Source: a phage
DNA length: 64,000 bases
Sequence record: PZ445487.1
Direction: 5' to 3' (one strand)
Positions 43,145-52,705 of the stretch are shown here, piece after piece; within the stretch, counting starts at the first letter, position 1; every line of letters starts with the position of its first letter. The notes under the pieces are model-generated. The model made no database searches and was not told the DNA's origin. It saw only the letters and a list, made by a program, of their open reading frames with translations. The position numbers were made by a program, and so were the translations under genes.

Positions 43145-43686
43145 TCACAGCAGAGCATATCAAAAGTCTGCTCGAACTTCAAAAGGCCACCAACGTGGCC
43201 TATTTTGGGGAAGAGTGGCGTAAACATTGGACTCATGTGGCGGTGGTGAACTCCATCTATCGTGAGTGGGCAGAGTTCCTTGACGAAGTTTCGACCAGTT
43301 GGAAAATCTACGGCAATGACCAGCAATGGCACCAAGTCAATGCGGTTTACGAATTGGTCGATGTCGTCCACTTCATGCTGTGTGCCGTTATACAAAAAGA
43401 AGCGGAGCCGCATGATATGTACGACATGACGGGTTATGTGTCTGATCAACCTATTCAGAGAAAGCCAGATTTCCTCCATGTGACAAATCTGTTTACGCAT
43501 TTTATGTCTCATCCAGAGCGCAATGTGCTGGCTGCTTTCCTTGCGTATGCTTGTGGTTATTTGGGACTGGATGCCGAAACCTACATGCTGGCGCACAAGC
43601 GCAAGAACGATCGCAATCGTCTACGTGCTGCTGGCGGTGCGAACTATGACAAGTCTGCCGAAACCCCTCTGACTCTGGAGTTCTAA
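43141..43686 (+). CDS. all-alpha NTP pyrophosphohydrolase (MazG/dUTPase-dCTPase-like, putative)
   Basis: EW.EF.DE ... ELVDVVHF pattern resembling MazG-like NTP-PPase; coupled in operon. Confidence 0.45.
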   Translation: MITAEHIKSLLELQKATNVAYFGEEWRKHWTHVAVVNSIYREWAEFLDEVSTSWKIYGNDQQWHQVNAVYELVDVVHFMLCAVIQKEAEPHDMYDMTGYVSDQPIQRKPDFLHVTNLFTHFMSHPERNVLAAFLAYACGYLGLDAETYMLAHKRKNDRNRLRAAGGANYDKSAETPLTLEF

Positions 43687-44216
43687 TGTTTACAGTCGTC
43701 GTATCATATTATGCGGAACATGCCCCGTACATGGCAGAGAACTTCGCTGAGTTTATTAAACCAGGCGGTCATGTCGTTATTGCGACCAATTTCAAGAAAG
43801 GGCCAAATGGTGCGGCTACTGTAACACAACATATTACAACACCAGAGCCGGAAACACTTTTTAAACGCATTGAAGATTTTGCTTTTGGCGGGGAAGAAAT
43901 TCCAGAGTCATTGCAGCATATCTATTTTGAAGATGCGATATATTATGTTCATGCTATTCCAAAGGATGTTACAACTGAACAAATGATGTATATCCTGAAT
44001 ATCGCATTGAATGTTTCTTGTGTCAACAGGGCACAGCACAATCGTCTGCGTAATATGTATTTAACAGAACGCGGGGGTTCCGAAATTAACGATGAAAAAC
44101 TCCCGTCAATAATGGCGATTCACGAAGCAATCAATATATTGTCCAAGAAAGTCTTGGGCACCGATTTATTAATTACGATCAACAAGCAAGAGGAAACGAA
44201 ATGGCCGATTCATTGA
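43686..44216 (+). CDS. hypothetical protein
   Basis: ORF track; ATG overlaps upstream stop. Confidence 0.5.
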   Translation: MFTVVVSYYAEHAPYMAENFAEFIKPGGHVVIATNFKKGPNGAATVTQHITTPEPETLFKRIEDFAFGGEEIPESLQHIYFEDAIYYVHAIPKDVTTEQMMYILNIALNVSCVNRAQHNRLRNMYLTERGGSEINDEKLPSIMAIHEAINILSKKVLGTDLLITINKQEETKWPIH

Positions 44217-45286
44217 TGGCTCGCATGCTCAAGACAGCAAAGAAACTGGACCCGAATGCCGAAGTGCTGTCAAAGACCGATGCGCTGAAGCCTGACATTA
44301 TTTGCAGTACGGGTATTCCTATTCTGAATTTGGCCTGGTCCGGTCGTATTGATGGTGGTCTGATATCAGGCATCAAACAGTTGGTGGGGGATTCTCGTAC
44401 ATTCAAAACCATGTTTGGGCTGGTGGATGTTAAGGCTTACATGGATAAGTTTCCTGATGCAATTTGTATCTTCGCGGATTCAGAAGGCGGTGCGAATGAA
44501 AACTACTGGACATCTATGGGTATTGACATGGACCGTGTCTTGTATCTGCCGATTGAAAACGTTGAAAAGACGAAGATCAAGCTGACACAGCTTCTGAATG
44601 ATGCTCAGAAAGGTGACAAGATCATCGTATTCATTGACTCAATCAGCCAGTTGCCGTCTACCAAAGAAGTTGATGATGCCATCGCGGGCAAAGACACACA
44701 AGATATGACCCGCGCTCGCGCTCTCAATAGTTTTTGGCGTGTTATCACCCCGTTGGTCACTGAAAAGAAATTCGTTTTGGTATGGATCAACTCGTACTAT
44801 GATGAAATCGGGAACCAATACGCCGAGCCGAACATCAAAGGCGGTAAACAGGGGTTCCTGTCTTCTAACCAATTGTGGTTCATCACGCGTTCTCAAGTTA
44901 AAGAAGACAAAGACCTTTTGGGATGGCAGTTTACAGTCAACATTATGAAAGGCCGCTTTGTCCGTGAAAAAGCCAAGTTCCCTGTCACTGTGTTGTATGA
45001 AGGCGGTATTGACCGTTGGTCCGGTATGTTAGAAATTGCGCGCATGCTGGGGTATGTGGATTTGGTGAGTGGTTCTTGGTATCAACGCACTGCCAAAGGC
45101 GGGTTTGATCCAGAAAAAGAAAAGAAATATCGTAAGGCAGAGCTGGGGGATGACTTCTGGTATCCGCTGCTGGAAAACCCAGACTTTGTTGACGATGTGA
45201 ACAACATGTTCGGTATCTCTCAGAGTTCGGTTATGCCTGCAGATATGCTGGAGCGCCTCGATAATGTCATCAAAACAACCGAGTAA
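44201..45286 (+). CDS. uvsX: RecA-like recombinase UvsX
   Basis: Similarity by eye to T4 UvsX (SGRIDGGL, DAICIFADSE, VVFIDSIS, GWQFTVNI.KGRFV.EK.KF); RBS GAGGAA. Confidence 0.85.
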   Translation: MADSLMARMLKTAKKLDPNAEVLSKTDALKPDIICSTGIPILNLAWSGRIDGGLISGIKQLVGDSRTFKTMFGLVDVKAYMDKFPDAICIFADSEGGANENYWTSMGIDMDRVLYLPIENVEKTKIKLTQLLNDAQKGDKIIVFIDSISQLPSTKEVDDAIAGKDTQDMTRARALNSFWRVITPLVTEKKFVLVWINSYYDEIGNQYAEPNIKGGKQGFLSSNQLWFITRSQVKEDKDLLGWQFTVNIMKGRFVREKAKFPVTVLYEGGIDRWSGMLEIARMLGYVDLVSGSWYQRTAKGGFDPEKEKKYRKAELGDDFWYPLLENPDFVDDVNNMFGISQSSVMPADMLERLDNVIKTTE

Positions 45287-45593
45287 TATTGCAGGGGGAG
45301 GAGACTCCCCCGTTAATTACAAAATCATCGACCCTGGTTCTGATCAGTTAGCAATAATCGAAATAACGGAAGGCAAATTCCGTGGCGTTCAATTTCGTAT
45401 AGGGAAAGTGGGTGTCCATTTAGATAATGGAGAGCCTCGGTTATCCTTTACAACAGATATATTGAAGAAACCATGGCGTTTGTTATTTGTTAATTTGAAA
45501 GAAAATGACTTGTTCACTGTGGTGTCTGGGGATATCTTAGTTGATCTGATACAGCAAAATGCTCAGGATTACAACAAAATTTTGGTGGGGTAG
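45264..45593 (+). CDS. hypothetical protein
   Basis: ORF track; overlaps uvsX 3' end. Confidence 0.4.
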   Translation: MSSKQPSNIAGGGDSPVNYKIIDPGSDQLAIIEITEGKFRGVQFRIGKVGVHLDNGEPRLSFTTDILKKPWRLLFVNLKENDLFTVVSGDILVDLIQQNAQDYNKILVG

Positions 45594-45599
45594 TTGCCA

Positions 45600-47024
45600 A
45601 TGTTACTCGAATCTGTCGTGCTTTCCCAATTAATCTATAACGAAGAATATCAAAGAAAGATCCAGCCGTATTTGAAAGCCGATTATTTCGATAACGAAGG
45701 CGAGAAAATTATATTCGGTCTCATTGACCATTACACTTGCGAATATAATGCTCGTCCTTCGGTTGAAGCGTTGTCTATTATGCTGGAAAAGACTTCGCTC
45801 AACGAACACGTATTTGAACAAGCTATTTCTGCTCTTGAGAATATCAATGACAACACATTCCATCAGGAATGGCTTGTAAAAGAAACAGAAAGTTGGGCGC
45901 GGCAGAAAGCTGTTCATAATGCGATCAAACACGCCGTCAACATCTATGGTGATGAGAAACGTAAAGATGAGATGAACACGATTCCAACTCTCCTACAAGA
46001 GGCGTTGGCGATAAGTTTTGATTCTTATCTTGGCCATATCTATTGGGAAATGGCTGAACAACAATACGACCACATGAACTCTAATGAAGCGAAGATTCCT
46101 TTCGCTGTAGAGATATTCAACAAAGCGACTCGTGGTGGTGTTGGTAAGAAAACGCTGAACATCGTGACGGGTGCAATTAATGCGGGTAAGACAACAACTC
46201 TGATTGATTTGGCTGCTGGTTACTCCGAGCAAGGGTTGAACGTATTCGTATTCACCCTAGAAGTGGCTGAGAACGTCTGGCGTCACCGCCTTGATGCCCG
46301 TATGATGCGCAGGGACTTCGAGTCCTTAGAGAAGCTCTCACGACATGAATATGTCGCCACGATACAAAAGTTGCGAACTCGTCAAGACGGTTCCATGAAG
46401 GGTGATATTGTTATCAAGGAATATCCTTCAGGCGCTGGGCATACAGGACTATATCGCCGCGATATCCTTGATTATGCGACATCCACGGGAATTACGCCGG
46501 ACGTCATTATTATAGACTACTTGGGTGAATCAGCGTCTTCTCGCCTTCCTGCCCATTTAATGCAGAACACCAACGTGTATTATACGTCGGTGGCGCGTGA
46601 ATTCCGTGCGCTTGGATTTGAATTTGATTGCCCTGTATGGACAGGTATGCAATTTAACCGTGAAAAACAATCGGCGACTGATGGTGATATTAGCGACCTG
46701 GCAGATGCTATCGGTATTCCGAAGGTTGCAGACTTCATCATGGCGTTCTATGCCCCTGATGAACTGGCGGCTGTTAAGAAAGCCCGAGCGTCTATCTTGA
46801 AAAACCGTTATGCCAATAAACAGAAACTCAAATCGTTCTTGTTCGGTATGGATCAAGATAAACAGATATTGTTTGACTTGGATTGGAATGAAGTCAAGCG
46901 AGACCTGACAGAAGAGGAAGCCCGTTATGTTGAGAATGTTCATATCAAACATGACTTAAACAAAACAGGCGACGTAAATGATGTCAAGAAAGCCGAGACC
47001 GTGAATAATTGGAATTTCGGTTAA
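45600..47024 (+). CDS. 41: replicative DNA helicase gp41 (DnaB-like)
   Basis: Similarity to T4 gp41 (HQEWLVKETE, Walker A GAINAGKT, DYLG); ATG after GGTGGGG. Confidence 0.85.
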   Translation: MLLESVVLSQLIYNEEYQRKIQPYLKADYFDNEGEKIIFGLIDHYTCEYNARPSVEALSIMLEKTSLNEHVFEQAISALENINDNTFHQEWLVKETESWARQKAVHNAIKHAVNIYGDEKRKDEMNTIPTLLQEALAISFDSYLGHIYWEMAEQQYDHMNSNEAKIPFAVEIFNKATRGGVGKKTLNIVTGAINAGKTTTLIDLAAGYSEQGLNVFVFTLEVAENVWRHRLDARMMRRDFESLEKLSRHEYVATIQKLRTRQDGSMKGDIVIKEYPSGAGHTGLYRRDILDYATSTGITPDVIIIDYLGESASSRLPAHLMQNTNVYYTSVAREFRALGFEFDCPVWTGMQFNREKQSATDGDISDLADAIGIPKVADFIMAFYAPDELAAVKKARASILKNRYANKQKLKSFLFGMDQDKQILFDLDWNEVKRDLTEEEARYVENVHIKHDLNKTGDVNDVKKAETVNNWNFG

Positions 47025-47037
47025 CTTCAATAATGGT

Positions 47038-47063
47038 GATCATAGGGTATAATCTCTATGATC
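47038..47063 (+). promoter_or_regulatory. palindromic operator-like site flanking a TATAAT box
   Basis: GATCATAG-N10-CTATGATC perfect 8-bp inverted repeat with TATAAT at 47048-47053. Confidence 0.4.
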
Positions 47064-47087
47064 TGAATATTAACCCAGGAGCACATC

Positions 47088-47420
47088 ATGTCGGATGTTG
47101 CATTTATAGCTGACCTGATTCGGGCGGCACAACAGGTGTGCCAGTCTGGAGAAACCAGTCTCAAACTCACTACAGAGCAGACTCTAGAATTTTATAAGAA
47201 TCGTCGGTATTGGGGTAAGAATGTCAAGATACATTGCGAACCAGGTGAATTGGTTCAGCTTGATCTTCCGTCTTTTCCGTTGCCAGTACAGACCAACACT
47301 CAGGAATATTACAATGTTGAAGGCGTTGATATTATTCCTAAGTTTGGTTTTCACAGTATCGTTTATTTCTTCCTGCGCCGTTTGGGAACCAGTATCGGTC
47401 CACTCGGTTCTCGTCATTAA
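47088..47420 (+). CDS. hypothetical protein
   Basis: ORF track; preceded by palindrome-flanked TATAAT at 47038-47063. Confidence 0.45.
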   Translation: MSDVAFIADLIRAAQQVCQSGETSLKLTTEQTLEFYKNRRYWGKNVKIHCEPGELVQLDLPSFPLPVQTNTQEYYNVEGVDIIPKFGFHSIVYFFLRRLGTSIGPLGSRH

Positions 47421-47432
47421 TGAGGATATATT

Positions 47433-47735
47433 ATGTCAGTTGAACAAATTGGTTTTTATCAACTCCCTTCTGATCCAAAACTGCGTCAAAAGATGATGCA
47501 GACTTTAGAAAATTGTCGCGCCGCCCAGATCCGTATCAAGTCTGAACAGACCTTTGTTACCGAAGCCCTGGCTGAATTGGCAAAAGAAACAGGCATCAAA
47601 GCCGTTGATCTGCGCAAAGTCGTTACCGATCGCGCTGGTGGAACTTATACCAAGACCATCGAGACCAGCGCCAAATACCAGGATCTTTATGAGTCGCTGT
47701 ATCCTAACGCCGCGCCTGATCGCACGGATGAATAA
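47433..47735 (+). CDS. hypothetical protein
   Basis: ORF track; terminator follows. Confidence 0.5.
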   Translation: MSVEQIGFYQLPSDPKLRQKMMQTLENCRAAQIRIKSEQTFVTEALAELAKETGIKAVDLRKVVTDRAGGTYTKTIETSAKYQDLYESLYPNAAPDRTDE

Positions 47736-47746
47736 TATCGGTTAAA

Positions 47747-47770
47747 GCCCAACATTTGTTGGGCTTTACT
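47747..47770 (+). terminator. terminator-like hairpin
   Basis: Hairpin AAAGCCCAAC-ATTTG-TTGGGCTTT; weak T tract. Confidence 0.45.
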
Positions 47771-47781
47771 TCAATAAAACT

Positions 47782-47810
47782 TTACTTCAATAAAACTTGC
47801 GGCTATCATT
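47782..47810 (+). promoter_or_regulatory. early promoter (TTTACT-N17-TATCAT), second copy of a 16-bp tandem duplication
   Basis: CTTTACTTCAATAAAA occurs twice in tandem 47765-47796. Confidence 0.4.
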
Positions 47811-47852
47811 TAACCTACATTGAAAAGTTTCACTACATCATGAGAGGCAAAA

Positions 47853-49046
47853 ATGAAAGCCAAGACCTTCAGCATCCCAATTGATAACATTGGTCGTGTC
47901 AAGGAACGTCTTGCCAAACTTGAAAGAACGGCAAACCGCCTGAAACTCGAGTTCCCTCTTGTTGAGTTCAGTGAACCATACAAAACACAACACCGCGATT
48001 CTATCACTGGCGAAAAATTTTATCGTTGGTGGCAAGATTGTACTCTAACTGGTGAAGGCATCGACCGCCCCGTTTCTTATGGTGGGTGGAGTATCATTGG
48101 ACAATTCAACCACCAGTATCCAAAAGTCATTCTGAATAAACTGTCAGATGACATCCACCCAAATTTCGTTCAAAGATTTGAAGCTGAAAACGTATCTTGG
48201 TGCGAGCATTGCAACAAATCTGTGCGTCGTCATAACACATATGTCGTTCGTAACGAACAATCTGGCGCACAGATGCTCGTGGGTAGCAGCTGTATGCATC
48301 ATTATGTCCCGCATCAGAAATCCCTTGATGCGGTTATGTCTTATTACATGTCTATTCACGAAATGTTTACCCCCGATGAAGATGACCCAGAAGGGATTTA
48401 TCGGGTTAATGAACCAGATTATGTTGACACAGAAGGATATTTGTGTAAATGCTTTCAGGTTTTGCTGTCGGGCATGAGCATTAAAAGTGATGATTTTGGT
48501 CGAGTTCTTGGTCATATCTCTAGCGGGACTCGTCCGGAGAAAGGTTCTGACATTGATATATTCTATAACAAGGCTGTTAAAGCCCGTGAAGATGCTCAAT
48601 CAGAGATGTATCATATGATGCTTTTCATCGCATCGTTGTCTGAAAATAACGATTTCAACGTCCGGCTGAAACGTATGTGCGAACCTGGTTATCACCTTGT
48701 TAAAGACTCAACAACAGTTCGTTGGGGAGCAGCAAAGTATTATGATTATATCCACACCCCCCGCCAAACGCGCACTGTATCAAATTGGGTTGGTGAAGTT
48801 GGTGAAATGTTAGAAGCACAGGTCAAATTTGAAGCAAGGATTTTCCTGTATTCATCTGATTATGGTGACACGTATCTGTATACTTTCAAAACCAAGGAAG
48901 GCAATACCATTACATGGAAGACTTCCTATATGGAAACCGAGTTTTTAGAAGGCGATATGATCATTCGAGGTCGTGTCAAAGAATTGACCGAATTCAAAGG
49001 TATTAAACAAACTCAGATTACAAGGGCAAAACTGAGGAAATTATGA
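47853..49046 (+). CDS. hypothetical protein with internal Cys/His cluster
   Basis: ORF track; early promoter 47782-47810; CEHC...SSCMHHY. Confidence 0.55.
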   Translation: MKAKTFSIPIDNIGRVKERLAKLERTANRLKLEFPLVEFSEPYKTQHRDSITGEKFYRWWQDCTLTGEGIDRPVSYGGWSIIGQFNHQYPKVILNKLSDDIHPNFVQRFEAENVSWCEHCNKSVRRHNTYVVRNEQSGAQMLVGSSCMHHYVPHQKSLDAVMSYYMSIHEMFTPDEDDPEGIYRVNEPDYVDTEGYLCKCFQVLLSGMSIKSDDFGRVLGHISSGTRPEKGSDIDIFYNKAVKAREDAQSEMYHMMLFIASLSENNDFNVRLKRMCEPGYHLVKDSTTVRWGAAKYYDYIHTPRQTRTVSNWVGEVGEMLEAQVKFEARIFLYSSDYGDTYLYTFKTKEGNTITWKTSYMETEFLEGDMIIRGRVKELTEFKGIKQTQITRAKLRKL

Positions 49047-49159
49047 TTCTTTTACAATTTGTTTTGAAAGCATTTGCATTCGGTCTTATCGCATGCGGAG
49101 TGATCACAGCTATGCTGTTAATCATAGCCCTGATCATCCCATTTAAGAGGAAACGTTAA
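49043..49159 (+). CDS. very small hydrophobic protein (38 aa)
   Basis: Hand-translated ATG..TAA in ATGA overlap with upstream stop and 1-nt overlap with downstream ATG; not in ORF track (<60 aa). Confidence 0.3.
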   Translation: MILLQFVLKAFAFGLIACGVITAMLLIIALIIPFKRKR

Positions 49160-49359
49160 TGAAACGGGAAATCTTGGATGTTTACTACCCTGGATCTTGT
49201 TGTCCAGGCCATGACAAGTACCCAGCGGACACATACAAAAATCGCCGCTCTAAATCAAAACGTTCAGACGGTATTAAAAAGGAGCATCGACATGTCCGCC
49301 GTGTCAAGCGCCAAAATCTGAAATCTGATTTGCTCTTCATTACCAAGGAGGATTTCTAA
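49159..49359 (+). CDS. small basic protein
   Basis: ORF track; RBS AAGAGGAAA. Confidence 0.4.
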   Translation: MKREILDVYYPGSCCPGHDKYPADTYKNRRSKSKRSDGIKKEHRHVRRVKRQNLKSDLLFITKEDF

Positions 49360-49571
49360 TGGAATGTTCATGCGGAGGGCAAGGCACAAGTGCATACTTG
49401 CCATTTAACACCGTGAAGGAAGCCGAAGAAGCCGGATATGCCGTGGATAAGGCTCCCTGTGTAATTGCCACCAAGGATTGTCCGTGCTGTAAGAGGCACT
49501 CTCAGGACGTGCATTACTCACCAAACGCACGTTCAGATAAAGTCAATCTTCTTTCACTGATGAGTAAATGA
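49359..49571 (+). CDS. small Cys-rich protein
   Basis: ORF track; RBS AAGGAGGA; CSCGG...CPCC. Confidence 0.4.
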   Translation: MECSCGGQGTSAYLPFNTVKEAEEAGYAVDKAPCVIATKDCPCCKRHSQDVHYSPNARSDKVNLLSLMSK

Positions 49572-49572
49572 C

Positions 49573-49926
49573 ATGCGCAAATATTTTAACTGGTTGTTGG
49601 GGAAACCCCTAAGCGTCGAAATCCGTTGTCTTATTGATGCCATCGACGCTGATGACGTTGAATGGAATGGTGAACGCTTTGTCGGTATCGATGCTGTCAT
49701 CTATAACGGCGTAAGGGTATGTGCATATACAGTCAATAGCAGCGCAGGGTATAGAGTCGATATCGGTTTTTGTTTCGATTGTCTGCCATACCATGAGGCC
49801 AAGGCCGTGTATAAAGCGCTCACCCGACATCACAGGCGTCGGATTAATCGTGAAGCAATTCAGGTCGATACATATGACCGTGAAAAAGTCCGCAAAGCTC
49901 TGGGGTGTCACAATGTCAAAAGTTGA
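49573..49926 (+). CDS. hypothetical protein
   Basis: ORF track. Confidence 0.4.
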   Translation: MRKYFNWLLGKPLSVEIRCLIDAIDADDVEWNGERFVGIDAVIYNGVRVCAYTVNSSAGYRVDIGFCFDCLPYHEAKAVYKALTRHHRRRINREAIQVDTYDREKVRKALGCHNVKS

Positions 49927-50332
49927 AATCCAATGCAAATGCTGTCCGAACAAGAAGATGGTTCGCCAGGCCGACATTGACCGTGGCTGGGGGTTGTTCT
50001 GTTCTAAGTCTTGCGCCGCCTACTGGAAGACCTTTGGGTGTCGTAAAGATACCCCAACAGACCTGTCCCTGAATGGCAAGCGACCTAAATCGGCGCAGGC
50101 AATCCTTTCTGATTTGCGGAAAGAGTCTGTCCGCCTTTCTGCTGGCCTCACTGAAGAGCAGATGGACAAACTCAATAAGGCGGGTTGTGGTTATATCCGA
50201 TTCGACGGAATGGACTATCCTCTGTTCAGTTCTCGCCAGCTCAGAGTCCTTGGGGCTTCAAAGGCTGAGATAAGAGAAGCTGAACGCGATGAAGCCGAAG
50301 AGGGCGCATACGGCCATCACGATTTTCAATAA
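49913..50332 (+). CDS. hypothetical Cys-rich protein
   Basis: Internal ATG of ORF 49721..50332; CKCC...CSKSC; start uncertain (alternative ATG 49874). Confidence 0.35.
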   Translation: MSKVEIQCKCCPNKKMVRQADIDRGWGLFCSKSCAAYWKTFGCRKDTPTDLSLNGKRPKSAQAILSDLRKESVRLSAGLTEEQMDKLNKAGCGYIRFDGMDYPLFSSRQLRVLGASKAEIREAERDEAEEGAYGHHDFQ

Positions 50333-50379
50333 ACGATTTACCCATATAATGCATGGGAACTTTACAGAAGGATCAGACT

Positions 50380-50739
50380 ATGACCACACTTGTAGAAACA
50401 TTATTCCCAGGATGCACCCTTGGGCGCGGCGGTAGCGAAGCCAACGGGCTGGCAATTGACGCCGAACCCCAGAACTGTGTTGTTATCGACAAATTCCATG
50501 ACAATCATTATGCTCTGAATGATCGTCGCGATCATTATTTGGTTTCTGTGGGAGAATCTTTGGTTCACCTTCGAATCTGTTCTGCTTTACCAGGATATGG
50601 GTATGACGCATTTGCTTATATCCATGATGTTTCCAACGGTGAGATGGGGAAAGAATCCCTGATTGAAAAATTCAAGAGTTGGAAGGAATCTTTCACCTCT
50701 GCCACACCACCGAACAACAGAAAAAGACGCAGCAAATAA
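50380..50739 (+). CDS. hypothetical protein
   Basis: Internal ATG with GAAGGA RBS. Confidence 0.45.
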   Translation: MTTLVETLFPGCTLGRGGSEANGLAIDAEPQNCVVIDKFHDNHYALNDRRDHYLVSVGESLVHLRICSALPGYGYDAFAYIHDVSNGEMGKESLIEKFKSWKESFTSATPPNNRKRRSK

Positions 50740-50792
50740 ATCTATTGAAGTCTCTAGGGTTATAATAGCATGACGAATAACCCTGGAGACAC

Positions 50793-52220
50793 ATGATGCT
50801 TCCTCTTTTAGAAATAATTCAAAATCTTCGCGATACCAAAGGCACCAACGCCAAGAAAGCTGTGCTGACCGAGGCGTTCAGAAACAACCCAGAATTGGTT
50901 GATTTCCTTCAATACGTCTACGATCCGATGCGTTCTTATTACCGCACTCAATTCAATCTAAACGCATTCCCTCGCATGCTCTCGCGCGGCGTTGTCGGTA
51001 GCTGGGATCAGGTTTATGACGTTCTTGATATGATGGCCGAACGCAAGATCGGTGGGATGAAGGCAGATCAAGAACTTGCGAAGGCCGCGACCAACATCCA
51101 TCCGGATTACCATACCCTGATACAAATTATACTCGACAGAGACATCAAAGCGGGAATTGCCGAGAAAGGTATAAACGCAGCATTCAACGCAGCAGGTGGT
51201 ACAGGGCGTCTGATTAATATCCTTCCATATCACCGTTATGATAACATGACGATTGACTTGCTGAAGAAGATGGACTTCAAGCGCGGCGTCTTCAGCCAGC
51301 TGAAGTCAGATGGCATGTTTGCCAACATCATCTGTCGTTATGGAAGAGACCCAGAGATTCGTTCTCGTTCCGGTTCTCTTATTGCGGGTGGTTCCGTTGA
51401 TAACCTATCATTGGTTTTCAAAGACCTGATCTACGATGCGGGGATTGGTGAAAGCGTCTTCCATGGTGAACTGCTCGTCATTGATCTGAAAACGAATACA
51501 GTGTTGCCTCGGGCTATCGGCAATGGTAAGCTCAACAGTGTTATCCAAACGGGTGAACCCCTGGAAGATCGTTACAAGGTGATCTATCGGGTATGGGACG
51601 TTGTGCCGTATGATAATTGGTTCAATGCTCAGCGTGTGGACACCCCATATGAGCGCCGTTTTGATATCATACAACAGTTGTTCGAAGGGGATGACGGACT
51701 GGTTCAGGTTCAAGAAACCCGTGTTGTTCATTCATTTGAAGAAGCTGTCGAACACTTCAAAGACGCTTTGGCTCGTCGGGAAGAAGGCACGATTTGTAAG
51801 GCCGCAGATATGCCTTGGGAAGATGGAACATCATCTGAAGGGTTAAAGCTAAAAATGGAAGTAGAATGTGACCTTGAAATCGTTGGCTTCAACGAGGCCG
51901 ATAAGAAAGGGAAGCACGCCAAGACATTTGGATCTCTCCTCTGCAAGACCTCTGATAGCCTCTTAGTTGTTGGCGTATCGGGGATCTCAGATGAGTTGAG
52001 ACTACGAATGTGGGAAAACCAAGAGGACTTCATTGGTAAGATTGCCGCCGTGCTCTCTAATGGCGTACAGGATAAAACCGATGACGCCATGAAGTCTCTA
52101 TTCCTTCCACGTCTCGTTGAAGTACGCACAGACAAGAAAGTCGCTAATACACTGGCTGAAGTCTATGCTATCCAGAAAGCATATATCGAAAATATTTTGG
52201 TGTTGTTGGAAGCGGCATGA
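50793..52220 (+). CDS. 30: ATP-dependent DNA ligase (T4 gp30-like)
   Basis: Adenylation motif I FSQLKSDGMF; overall similarity to T4 ligase; RBS CTGGAG. Confidence 0.8.
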   Translation: MMLPLLEIIQNLRDTKGTNAKKAVLTEAFRNNPELVDFLQYVYDPMRSYYRTQFNLNAFPRMLSRGVVGSWDQVYDVLDMMAERKIGGMKADQELAKAATNIHPDYHTLIQIILDRDIKAGIAEKGINAAFNAAGGTGRLINILPYHRYDNMTIDLLKKMDFKRGVFSQLKSDGMFANIICRYGRDPEIRSRSGSLIAGGSVDNLSLVFKDLIYDAGIGESVFHGELLVIDLKTNTVLPRAIGNGKLNSVIQTGEPLEDRYKVIYRVWDVVPYDNWFNAQRVDTPYERRFDIIQQLFEGDDGLVQVQETRVVHSFEEAVEHFKDALARREEGTICKAADMPWEDGTSSEGLKLKMEVECDLEIVGFNEADKKGKHAKTFGSLLCKTSDSLLVVGVSGISDELRLRMWENQEDFIGKIAAVLSNGVQDKTDDAMKSLFLPRLVEVRTDKKVANTLAEVYAIQKAYIENILVLLEAA

Positions 52221-52298
52221 AAATCGGGGTTCTTCGGAACCCCCATTCAATAAAGACAGTAGCAGTATAATTCCAAGAAATCATTACCAGGTGTTATT

Positions 52299-52562
52299 AT
52301 GAAACTTATTGATAAGAAACCAAGGAAAGACAATGATTCTCTTAATCTCATAAACATTATGAGGGAATTGGGAGTTTCTGAATTACAGATGATGAAGATG
52401 ATGAATTGTTCTGACGTTGTCTATAATTGGACAAACGGTTATCGTCTTATCCCAAAATCTTTTCGGCGTTTTATTCTGGCGTTGGTTTTTATTCACCGAC
52501 AAGGGAAGACAGAAGAGTTTCAACGTTTCGTTCGCACAGAGGAGAGATCACGTGGTTGGTAA
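52299..52562 (+). CDS. hypothetical protein
   Basis: ORF track. Confidence 0.4.
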   Translation: MKLIDKKPRKDNDSLNLINIMRELGVSELQMMKMMNCSDVVYNWTNGYRLIPKSFRRFILALVFIHRQGKTEEFQRFVRTEERSRGW

Positions 52563-52705
52563 AAATCCGCCGTCATATGCCAAGATTGGAATTGCTTTTC
52601 GAAACGCCATTCTCTTTATAAAGGAGAAAGGCTTGGTGACGGAGTTCAATCAGTTCTGTTCTGAACGCCGCAGATTACAGAAACAGAAAAGCAGGGAGAA
52701 ACGCC

